A stretch of 64,000 nucleotides of DNA from positions 27,476,210 to 27,540,209 of the forward strand of contig OZ316893.1 of the NCBI GenBank assembly GCA_973895155.1, written 5' to 3'. Below the pieces are notes generated by a model that was not told the origin of the DNA, searched no databases, and worked only from the letters and a program-made list of their open reading frames with translations. Source of the stretch: Marsupella aquatica. Lineage: Eukaryota > Plantae > Marchantiophyta. Position numbers and translations under genes: made by a program. This document shows positions 25,101-36,491 of the stretch, one piece after another; within the stretch, counting starts at the first letter, position 1, and each line of letters starts with the position of its first letter.

Positions 25101-27012
25101 CTCCTTAAGAACTTCGGCTCCTTCCTTAACGCTCTTTTCTCCCGGAGCATCTCCTGGAGTGCCATCATCATCGGTATGTGCATTCACACCCGAGGAAGAT
25201 GCCGGAATGAGATCTACCTTGGGCGATGCGGAATTTTTTGGCGGATGAGCCTTCTTCGATTTGATTTCGGGTTTGTCAACCCTCTTCCTCTTTTGAGACA
25301 CCTTCGCTTCATTTTTGTCCGAACCGGAGGTCTTGTCTCCTGCAGCTACGGATTTCACTTTACCTGTTTGTCTCCGATGAGACAACACCCACTTTTTACA
25401 AGCATCTTGGTCAAATTCTTCGGCTCCAAACACAAAATCAGAGGATATAGATTCAAACTCCCCCAATTTGGATTCCAACATTAGTCTCAAAACCTTCCAC
25501 GTGAAAGGAGTCGTGAATGCATCATCGCGATCAAGCCCATACTTCCGACAATAAAGGAATCCAAAAATTATGTCCGCTCCAGATATAGGAGTATCTTCTA
25601 GCAAATTACTTGTAGTGAAACCCTCGGGGAAGAAACCCATTGATATCACGCTCAGTTGTTTCCTGGCTGCACGTTCAATGTTAAGATCGCAAGAGTAGTT
25701 TTTGGCGTGAAGTCTAATTAGAGCCCACTTCCCTGTTTCGTGGTTCTCCACCGTCAAAACCATGTCCTTACCGTTACTCGTCACAATAGAAACAACAGGC
25801 CCTAGAAGGCTGCACACCAGAGGATCGACTGATGGAGACCTCGTCTTCACACAAATAATAGTTCCTTCCATGTCTTCAGTTTCAGCAAGCTCAATGGCCC
25901 AACAGAATCCAAATAAACTCTGTCCAGGGCAGGAAATCTCAATTGCATGTTCATCTTCGACTACCAGATTAGGCGATCCCAATTTCGCACCTGTACAGCA
26001 AAAATATAGCAATTGTCAGGAACATGTACTACAAAACCAAGAAACAAATAGGTGGCTCGAGATGATCTCGATCTTCAGTTTACTATTCAGACATGTTCCA
26101 ATGTCATTTCATCCGTGGAATTTAAAAAGAGATTTCAAACCCAAGAATCCCAGGAAACACAATAGGCTCGAGATGATCTCGAGCCACCATCTGTTTAAAA
26201 GAAAAAGATAAGGGCTCGAGATGATCTAGATCCACATATATATCAGTTGAGGCTTTATTCCAACTAGTCCAAAAGGCAAGTTTGGATCACATTGAAAAGG
26301 ATATTAGTAATTGAAGTAGACAACAAGGAGTCCTTCCAACTGGAAGAAATTGGCCAAGGGAGACGAATGAACATAAGGGAAGACGGTGTGGGATATATTC
26401 GGCTCGAGACGATCTCGAGCCTAACATATCAAATGAGTGATCTGAATATCATATTCAACAATTAACATCATATTCAATCAACGATAAAAAATCCACTTTC
26501 TCCATTAACTTCGGATACCCACAAACCCGTTCGGATGTCAATGATCAGAACGAGTTGGAGGGCACAGAAGTCCCTGGAGGAAGGAAATTTTAGATATTTT
26601 GGATATAATGTTCAATTTTGAAGGGTAAGGGTTTCCAACTTGAAGAAATCTCACTAGGTCACATGCAGGAATTGCATATTGGCTCGAGACGATCTCGAGC
26701 CTCATGCCACTTACATCAAATGCAAAATCAATTAATAGATCACAACTTTTGAAACAAAGTATTGGAGAAAACATCAATAGGCTCGAGATCATCTCGAGCC
26801 TCAACGGCATCCAAGGAATCCAAAAACAAGTGGACCAATTGAAGCTCGAGACGATCTCGAGTTAAACCTGAACAGAACAAAGATGAAGAATTACGTTTAA
26901 TCGTGCGATGGATCTGATGTGCTGAGTCTAGATGGGTCTGGAGCTCTTCGCCAACGGTTGCAAGGTTGTACTCAGCGAAGTCCTCCTTGGAGAAATCTAC
27001 AACAGTCGACAT
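22113..27012 (-). pseudogene. Multi-exon gene: ParB/Srx-like domain plus N4/N6 DNA-methylase-like fold
   Basis: Exon 25990-24519 (acceptor tgtacag|) has IPVTSID...R.FNKDH...FLAISGQHSAKA. Intron 24518-24350 is preceded by TAG at the junction. The exon from 24349 has a frameshift at about 23590 and then NPRAKPLRMTKRLVDYFSCPGHTVLDFFSGGQTLKACVILGR. Upstream exons from ATG 27012 are tentative. Confidence 0.7.
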
Positions 27013-28165
27013 GGCTGGTGATGAGAGGAACGTACTACGGGCTGAGAACTTAAAACAAATCTCGACCCTAAAAAGAAAATCTCGACCCTATCGAAGCTCG
27101 AGCCTAAACACAAAATCTTGACCCTATAAAATCTCGAGGAAAAAACCTAATCTCGATCCTCTGCAATCTCGAGGCTAATAGAAGGATCTCGAGGCAAGAG
27201 CGCGAAACGATCTAGAGGCAAGGAGGCAAGGGATGCGAGGAGGCGAAGAGGCAAAGAGGCGAGGAGGCAAATGTGAAAATGGGGAGTTCAAAACCCCTGA
27301 AGCCACTATAAGCCCCTCGGGGGTCGGCCTTGGCCGTGCCAAGCGTGCCAGGGCTCGTGCAGGCTCAGGCAGGCTGCCACGCAACCTACTGAGTGCGTAC
27401 AGTCATTATTACGGTCACACGTGTTGTCATTATTGTTATCCATACTTCAGCCCTGCCGCAAGTTTAGCCGTGACACAAGTTCAACCATTCCGTCTTATTG
27501 CCCTTTTTGTCTGTCAGGGTTTTATATATTGCTTCTCCTTGCTCTTCAGCGGGTCATTCTTCTCATTTCGTTTCACCGCTCGCTCGTTTCTTCCTCTGCC
27601 TCTCTGCTCTCTCTCCCTCTCCCTCTCCCTCTTTCTGGCTCTAGATTTGTGCTCTGATCTCTTTCTGTTGTTCTTTTCAAGGATTTTGGAGTCTACGTTT
27701 GTGTTTAGGATATTTCAAGAAATTGTCATTTTAAGCCCCGAAGGAGGTCTAAAATAATTGAGCTCCTATCTTTTAGAAAACCGAACCTTTTCAGCTTATA
27801 CTAATGTCGGTCAAAATCCATTTGGAAGCCTTTTCCCTCTATTTGATGGCCTTTTAGAAGCTTTTTCTCAGTGTCTGGAAGTAAACTGGGAGCCTACTTT
27901 CTTAATTGCACCAAATCATTCCTCTAGATCATCTAGAGCCATTTATATGTTCTTATTTTGGGTGGCTTATTATTCCTAATAGTTTCTTTGTCAAATACAA
28001 TGTCCTTTTTGGCTCGAGATCATCTCGAGTCATAAGTTTGGTCCTCAAACTTATTCACTTTCCCCTTCTTTCTAATGGTGCATTTGGTTTTCCTTCTTAT
28101 AATAAATGTTTTTAGAGTGTCGGAGGTATAGAATCTTAGTTCGATATTCAGTGAGATTCATATTT

Positions 28166-28394
28166 TACCTCGAGATCGTCTCGAGCTAAATACTTCTGAA
28201 TTTTTACATATTGGTGTTTTTGGTCCCTTTTCTACCTCGAGATCGTCTCGAGCTAAATACTTCTGAATTTTTACATATTGGTTGTTTTGGTCCCTCTTCT
28301 ACCTCGAGATCGTCTCGAGCTAAATACTTCTGAATTTTGACGTATTGGTGTTTTTGTCCCTCTTCTACCTCGAGATCGTCTCGAGGTAGAAGAG
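28166..28394. repeat. 67-bp tandem repeat (about 3.3 units), each unit carrying the palindrome
   Basis: Unit TACCTCGAGATCGTCTCGAGCTAAATACTTCTGAATTTT..., with a period of 67/67/66 bp. Confidence 0.92.
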
Positions 28395-28517
28395 CTTCTT
28401 ATTTTCTCTATCACACAATTTTGTGGGATAAACTTCTACACTTGGGTTTTTGTAGTCACTTTACCTCGAGATCATCTCGAGGTAACTACATCCAACGGTT
28501 TGGGCCACGTTTTCAAA

Positions 28518-31500
28518 ATGGGGAGTTTCTCTCGAGGGGACAAGGTGTGCCTCGTAATCGACGGAGTGGAAGTTGCTTGCGGGACGGTCCTCAAGGTTGA
28601 CCCGGGTGACTCAGTGCGTAATGTTGATTTGGGAAGTAATCGTATAGGAGTTCTCATTGAGAAGTGCTATGAGGGATCACGGGAAATTCCTTACCCTTTG
28701 CCGCCGATCAGGACCCTGTTTGATGCTGTCGACTCTTGCATTATTTGGGATGCCCCTTTTGCATATTTGAAGTCACAGTCAACTCCAGCGACAACGAAAA
28801 TGGATGCCTCCTGTTCTACAAAGGATACGGTTCCGGGTTTTGTACCAGAGAAATCGTCGGTGGAAAGTTTTGGAGACTCGATTGTATCTGGCGATGAAGT
28901 CGAGGTCTGGATCGGCAATCAGATTGTGGCTCGTGGATTTGTGTTCAAGACGAATCCCGATGAGACATGTCACAATGAAAGACTTGGCACTTCTAGGATT
29001 AGTGTGAAAATATGTGAAGTTTTTCAAGGAAGGGAGAGGTTACCCTTTCCTCACAATGGAGCCGATACCGTTCAGGAAGCATTGGATACTTTTGTATTGT
29101 GGAATTTAAAGGATGTTACTCGGAGGAGTTCTTCCCGGGATATGCTAAACAACCTGTCCAGACAGGATGTTTTTCAAATTATAATTTCAAGGATTATAGT
29201 TTGCGTTCTAATTGGATGACCGAGGAGGTGGAATTGTATGCTGAGGATAATCGGACCAAAGTGGGGGTTGGCATCATCACAGTTCCTTTCGAGTCAGGTG
29301 CAATTGATGATGATGTTCTTGGACCAGATCACGTTGGGGTTGCTGTCACACGCGTGATTGACCCTCTATTTTTCCCAAATATCTCCCCGGGAGTGCCTGG
29401 TCTTGTTAGGTGGGCCGTCCGTTCACTTTTGCTGATATCAAGGGGTATTTTTCTTCTGGATCTCATTGAAGAGATTTCTCCGAAACCAATTATTGATGGT
29501 CGAGATCATCTAGAGGTAGATATGAAAGGTGACACTGAGTTTTTGAAGCGCCCGTATAATTTCATCAAGAGAACAAAGGTCAACCCAGATGAAAAAAGGA
29601 AGAAGCACTTGGAGTCTCGGGCGATACTGAAAATCACAGAGGAGGAAATCGACTCCATCCAAAGAGAAGGTTGTTGTAAGTTGAAGTGTTGCCTCAGCAT
29701 GCCGAGAGAAGACCTACAGGCGATAAGGAGGGAATACCATGGGATGTCAAGCGACAACAAAACTAGTCACATTCTCACTTTTTTTGGCTGTAGGGAGAAG
29801 GAAGTGGAGACAAGGATATTTTGTTGTAAGAAGTAGACTTGTTTGCAAGGGTGCATTTATTAAAATGCATGGATTCAGCACTGCCAAGTATTATGATTAC
29901 AAAAATCAATATGAAGCAGGTTGCACTGTTGGATTCCACGGAAACAAGGGTTCACACAAGACACGGGGAAGCACCTTGCATGCTCGTGCTTTGTTGGAGT
30001 CCATTCTAACCCAAAACGAAGAACCCATGCCGCATCTTCCCTATGGAGGGTCTCACGGGACTGACACGGTTGAGTACAGACTTCCATCTTGTTTCACGAA
30101 GAAAGAGATTTTTGAGGAGGTATACTCAAAAATGGAATTAGATGGCTACGTGAAGGTGAGTGAAAACACTATGTATAAACTCTGGAGTGAGTCCTTCATG
30201 AATTTTGACTTTCACAAGGGAAGTGCATTTGCAAAGTGTACACTTTGCACTGAGTTCAAAGATCAGTTGATGCGGGAGAAGAGAAAGAAAGAGCGTTTAG
30301 AGATTGAGGAAAGAAGAGCTCGCCATCTTCGTGAGCAAATGTCTAGGAGATATGTTTACTATGCTCATAGGGTTCTTGCGAAGAAGGATCTTGAGAACTA
30401 TCTTTGCATTATACATGACAAGATGGACCAGGCCAAGACATGGATCCCTAGGTTGGTCCCCACTCCTAAATCATTGTCTGGTAGTGGTCAACCGCTCCCC
30501 ATTGCGCTCACTGGGATGTTGACCCATGGAAGGGATCCCGGAGTGTATGCTCACTTCAGTTTTACTGGGCTTTGGCCAGGAGATGCAGACTTCACAGTGA
30601 CATCATTGGCCAAGTGCCTTAGAGATCTGGAGGATTACAAGGGGGACAAATCTGGAGACCTCCTTTAAGGATTATATTGGGCTACAACGAGGCCAATTTT
30701 TCAATCTCTTTTGGACTTTGAAGCATTTCTCGCAGGTTACTTAGAACCCAAAAAAGTCTCAATTGCTAGATTTCAAGGAGCTGAAGATGACCAAGACGAC
30801 TTTGGTGTTGATCCCAAGGCTACGTCTACCTCTTTCAAACCATTGCCAAGGCACCTGACCTTGCAAATGGATAATTCAGGGAAAGATAACAAAAACCAGT
30901 ACGTGATGGCATTTTGCAGTGAGCTTGTTAGTAGAGGGGTTTTTGAAACAGTGCAGATGTCGTTTCTCATGGTTGGTCACACCCATGAGGATGTCGATGC
31001 ATTGTTTTCAAAAGTATCCAACCAAGTGAAGTACAAGGAGGTTTCTACCCTCTTGGGGTTGATGGCTGAGGTTTGGGAGTGTGAAAGCATTCATCCTGTG
31101 CCACGGTTGATCCAAGAGGTTGCAGCTTACAAAGAGTTTTTGAAAACTTTCAAGGTAAAAGACATAGAGGGTCACTCAAAACCAGTGGCATTTCTTTTCT
31201 CTATGAGAGATAATGTTCCAATATATCAATACAAAGCACATGTGAAACAACCTTGGTACCCTCCAACCGGAAGGTCCATTTGGAGAACTGATTCCAGCAC
31301 CAATGCTCTCATTTTACCAGAAGGTCAACCGTTTGCAAAACCCATCTCCGGGGATGTACGAGGCAAGGTTGAAGAAATCATCTCATTCCTTAATCGTTAC
31401 ATTGAGTTTTTGAAGAAGAGCTGTAAGGATGAGACCTCTACAGCATATCGTGAGCGGTTTCCTTTGGTAAAATATTGGGAGATGGTGGTGCAAGTATTAT

Positions 31501-32204
31501 CTGGGGAGCTTACAATTGAAGGGGAGGCAGAAATATAGTTAGCATTGACATATGAATTCTGGCCAAAAACCAACCACGGAACTGGTTACAAGGTTAATAG
31601 TACAGGAACCTCTGAACCATTGGGGGAGCCTAGTAGTAGTACACAGAATCCACAAATGGTGGAGCTTAAGAATGAGTACCTGGAAGAGATGGAGGATCAA
31701 GCTGCAACATTTGTTGGTGCTCGACACGAGCGAGAACTTGCACGTTGGATTCCTCTGCAGGACATTCAAGAGGGTCACTTTGTATTTCTCCGTCCAGAGG
31801 ATGAATGGGAAAAGAAGAATGGGAAAGAACGTTTCTGGTTGGTGAGAGCTTTGGGTGTTGTGGACCCAAACCATGAGGTTCCTTCAGAAGACTTGCAATG
31901 CAATGAGAATTCTCCTACTAGTACACGGTATGCTCCTATGTTCCAAGTGCAATGGTGGAGGCCTAAACATGGTAAGCATGATGCACCGGATCATGTGCGA
32001 TATTCACGTTGTTTTCAGACCACTAAGACTTGGGAGGTGGATCCTGGGTTTGACAGTGCCACTGAACGTTGGCAATTTGCTAATTCTGCTATGTATGGAT
32101 TCAAGTCACGCTCTAGAGAAGAAAATATAATTGATAGAGGTTTGACCATTCCCAAGAATGTTTTGAAAACACTCAAAACCTACATGGAAGGGATTGTTGA
32201 GTAA
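28518..32204 (+). pseudogene. Transposase, Sola1/DUF7869-like RNase H fold, with three N-terminal Tnp1/En-Spm-like repeats
   Basis: Motifs CTLC, CIIHDKMDQ, LQMDNSGKDNKN and FLMVGHTHEDVD. Five ORFs join into about 1230 codons through two frameshifts (about 29150 and 29800) and two in-frame stops (30666 TAA, 31536 TAG). Confidence 0.8.
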
Positions 32205-33121
32205 GTCAAATGTTTTTTAGTAGTCACTCTGTCAGAGTGAGGGAGTCTAGTATGTCAATTAGTTTGGAATTAGACATGTCAGAGTGAGGGAGTCTATGTC
32301 AATTAGTTTGGAATCAGACATGTCTTTAGTACTTACTGAGTGTTGGTTAGTACTAAGTACTAGTATATCTATTTAAGGAACTAATTATTATAATATTTTG
32401 GGATACTAGTTTGAATAGGTGGAGGTAATTGGACTTGGATACCTTTATAATTGCTTCAATTAATTATTATATCAATACAGACTATATATTACATGAAGTC
32501 TTAATATCCATGATAGGATGTGAGTGCCTCTTAGTACTGTCTAGTAAACCTTAGTTTCAACTCGAGTTGCTTAGAATGTACTAACAAATTACTTGTTTGA
32601 ATGGATATTTAAACTAAACCCTAAGTAGAAGGTTAATTTAGCTAGCTAAGGGTAGAGATCATATTGAAGCTTTACTAGTTATATGGGTAGAGATCATATT
32701 ATTTGAAGTTTTACTAGTTATATGGGTAGAGATCATATTGAAGCTTTACTAGACACTTATATTCTATTAGTCAAATTGAATCAATGTAAGTAAATTCTAC
32801 TTCTTATCCAACATATTTTACATTATTATCACCCAAATGTTTTTCTTTAGAATCCAAATTAATATTTCATTTTCTCCTATGTACAATCTTGATCCCCCAA
32901 ATGTACAACATCTGGTGCCCAAATGTACAACTCCCACTGCCCAAATGTACAATTCTTGTGCCCAAATATTTTTTTTTTGGTGCCTAAATGTCCAAAGATC
33001 AAAGAATTTTCCAGTTTTAATGAATAGACTGATAAATTCACATCTTCCTTGTTAGTAAGCATCAGTGAGTGCTCTTGAGCTTGAACTTTAAAAGGATTTT
33101 TCAATACCTTGCCATCACTAC

Positions 33122-33400
33122 CCCGGGGTCCTCATTTTTTTCTCCCAACCAATCACGCTTGAATAAGGTTTTTGGGTTGAAGATTTCAAAAAATTGATGA
33201 AGAGCATTGGAGGTAATTCCATTGAATTTTGGGAATTATCAGAATTATAGATATCTTTAATACCAATTTTGGAATATTCTTGGAGTATTTCATAAATAGG
33301 GGGAAAATAGGAAAAAACAACTTTAGTTTTCTTATGTTTTAAGGTGATTATTTACACAACAACTTTGCGCGTGATGTTCCCTTGGAGTGAAGCCCCTGAG
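33122..33400. mobile_element. Older MITE of the same family as 13308-13604
   Basis: Right end GTGAAGCCCCTGAG, degenerate left end CCCGGGGTCCTCAT, TSD ATCACTAC/ATCACAAC (7 of 8 match), and a shared internal TTTTGGAATATTC motif. Confidence 0.65.
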
Positions 33401-36400
33401 ATCACAACTATGATCAAGTTTTTTAGTAAGTTTAGTAGGCTTTAAAAAGGGAGATATTGCTAGTTCAGAAGGAAAGAGCTGACAATTGAAGTATTTTCAT
33501 GTCTTTCTTAGTGTACATGTTCACCTGACCATTTGGTACTGGCATTAAAGAAACTAGCCTCATGCTCACCCTTGGGATGTCAATTCATTCCCACCAGCAT
33601 TGAGCTCACCAACTCTTTTTCACCTTGAACTGCCAATTGCAAGCTCTAGAATGTGTTTGCATTTGTCAAAATACCAATTGATAGTGGATAAAGTGCCTGG
33701 GGGCAGGGCTTTATGTATGATTCTGCACTTCCACGAAATCAGGAGTGCTTTTAGTACATATATAACTTCAAAGGAACCAAAACACCAAACAGGGAGACAT
33801 GGTCCCAAAGGCCAAAAAACCCAACAAAGGTGGAAACAAATGAGAAAATTGGAAACACGCAAAAGCCAAAAAGCTGGCGTCCAAGTCTCCAGGGTCTCTT
33901 CCCAGCATCTCCCAATTTGATGTGAGACTTTATGGGAGTGCTCAATCCTATACTTCTTACCACAGTCAAATGCCACTTGCACACAAGGTAAAGGGGATGT
34001 ACCATTTAACCAGAGTGAGACATGACTCCCACAACATGACCACACAACTTGGGAGGTTAATTTAGTACATGCTCCAGATATGAAGTGAGAATGATCTTGA
34101 CTTTATGAAATTAGTGTATTTTATAGAGAGTATTAAAATTATCCAAAAAATGAAAGTGAAGCCCAGACTAGTTTGTTTTGCCCATCCCCATGGACTGTGA
34201 CACTTCACTTTTGAATGATGCCCTGAGTAGCTTTTTTTAGGTGTCTCAATGAACTACAAAATGTCAGTTTTTAGCAAAATTGTGCATGTAAAAGAACTTT
34301 TCATTGGTCCAGGATCTCTCGTGCAGCCAAAATTTCCCAGCATGTTCCCTATTGTCCAATCCTGACAAGGTTTCATTTTTTTCTAAAACCCTTTGGTCTA
34401 TGCCTGTGATGTGATGTGCAAAGATGGTCAAATGTTACAAACTAGTAGCGAACTGATGTTTCACTTTTGTGAAGAATGTTCTAAAACCCTTTGGTCTATG
34501 CCTGTGATGTGCAAAGATGGTCAAATATTACAACCTAATAGCCCTCAGTATTTGGCATGACCACCATCTTACCACTTTGGGAAAGGATGCTTCACTTTTA
34601 TAAATTTTGCCCTGAGTAGTTTGAGTGAGCCATGACTTATATATAGGTCACATATGAGTCAAAACTGTAAAGAGTATTATTCAAGCAAATTTTGATGTTC
34701 TAAGTCAATGTCTCAGCTTCGGAAATCCATGGGGGCTTCACAAGAAACCCCTCGTCCATCCAGGCTTTATTTTCTCCAAAACAAATTGAATGATACATAT
34801 TTTTTAAATTAAAATATAAAACATTTGTCATTTGTGAAAAATATATAACTTAACATTTTACACAATTTTATTAAATAGTATATAAAAACTAGTTTATATC
34901 ACAGGTGCTCCCAGCACACTATATTCTTTTTAATGAACGAGCAAACGCCACGCAATAATGGACAACTAGTATTTTTTGTGATTGAGCACTCAGACCCCAC
35001 ACAATAATGTCCAACTATTTCTTGTAATTGACGAGGCAGACGCCACACAATAATGAGTGAGACAGAACGAGTGAGAGAGATGAGAGATGGGTCCACTTCA
35101 GTCACTTCGGTGCACAGAGAGAATGATTTGATGATTTTGATCGCTTTGCACAGTAATGAGTTAGAGAGGGAGAGATGAGAGATGGGTCCACTCGTGAGTG
35201 AGTGCAATAGAGAGTGATTTGCTCACGATGGTGTTACAATCGTGAAGGATTGCTGATGACAGAAAAGTGGAGGGTTCTCTCGATGTGATAGTGGCTTGCT
35301 ATTGAAGCTAGAGCTTTTCGTGAGTTGTCTGGTCGTTTCTGTCAGCAGCAGCGATCTACAGTTCAAGGTACAATCGGAGCGCTGGAGACTATTTGCACGG
35401 TTTTTGTCTATTCGAGGTTTGGGGGTTGTTGAGTTTCTCTTGATTGGCATGTGCGGAGGAGGAATTGTTCTTCAAGGCACTGCTCTCTATACCTACTGAT
35501 GATTGGTGATGATCTGCTAAGGGTGTTGTGTTTTTGATCATTGGAGATCCGTTGTGTAGAACAAATTGTCGGGTGATTTAATGTAGTTGTCGACATTAGC
35601 TGCCTCGTTCGGCCATTTTCGAGCCTAGTCGATTCACTTGCATGTCGCTGTTGGTTGTCGTTATCTTTCACATCTGGAGTTCTAGTGACTGACTGTGGGC
35701 GAGGTGTGAGATGCTGTTGAGAGTAATCTCCGAGGATCGCTGCTGAAGGGAATGTGATGTTGTCCTTTGCGGGCTGCAGACACAGATTTTTCGTCATGAT
35801 CAATCGGATGACTCAGGTGCGGAATCCCGACTACGATATTGAAGCGTTCATTGCTACCAGAGATTTGCTCCCGGTGAATTGCACTAGATAGCTTGAGTTC
35901 CACCTATACGACTGGTGTTGCTTTCAAAGGTGGATCGACAGTGTTACCACCGTTGTGGTTATGGGCCTTACTTAAACGGATTCCTCTGGATGAGTTGCCA
36001 TTAGTTTGGTTGTACTATAGAAGCAACTCGAGATTTAGGGTTGGTGTGGTACTTTGTGTAGTTCCCCATCTATATTTCCTGGAAGTTCGCTCTCTATCGT
36101 CACCATCGGGAAAGTATATCCATGGAGAGGAAGAACGATGGCGTGAGGAGGAAATTCTTCGTTGCCTTGTGAACTGGTTTCTGCACATTGTACGGTGGGA
36201 TTTTGTAGAAAGGCTGAAGGGGGGTACAAGTAGTACTAAGAGTCGATGAAAGAGTCTCCTGCAATGGGGTCTTCGGATTTTGGGCATTCGTAAAGTATTT
36301 GTGAGAAATGAAAACACCCCGTAAGTCGAGGTACGTCAACTTGGGACGGCACGTATATAATGCCTCAATTACTGGGAAGGAAAAAGACACAAATGGACAA

Positions 36401-36491
36401 GAATGTTCTTTGGTTAAGCTTCATCGTTGACCAACAAAGTGCTCTATAGAGTTGAGGGTTCTGGTCCCTAAGTTGGTAAGGAGAGAGAGAG

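Larger units (their letters stand above)
20445..29515. repeat. Dispersed 17-bp palindrome CTCGAGA-nnn-TCTCGAG, about 20 copies
   Basis: Copies start at 21895, 22689, 24381, 24474, 26056, 26167, 26215, 26403, 26683, 26782, 26845, 27922, 28013, 28169, 28236, 28303, 28369, 28465 and 29499. Variants lie at 20445-20791 and half-sites at 27058-27215. Confidence 0.93.
19940..33120. mobile_element. Large decayed DNA transposon (Sola1/DUF7869-like transposase) carrying ParB/MTase-fold/HAD cargo; true termini not resolved
   Basis: Divergent transposase and cargo genes, an element-restricted palindrome, and degenerate inverted subterminal segments at about 19950-20030 and 33035-33110. No TSD was found. 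Confidence 0.65.

Noticed and set aside
20784-27012. Bacterial or phage contamination as the source of the ParB/MTase region
   Set aside because: The region has phase-consistent GT-AG introns, a eukaryotic transposase neighbour and plant repeats on both sides.
26056-28481. CRISPR-like look of palindromic repeats separated by unique sequence
   Set aside because: The repeat is only 17 bp, spacing is irregular (48-280 bp and more), the regular part has near-identical spacers, there are no cas genes, and the context is eukaryotic.
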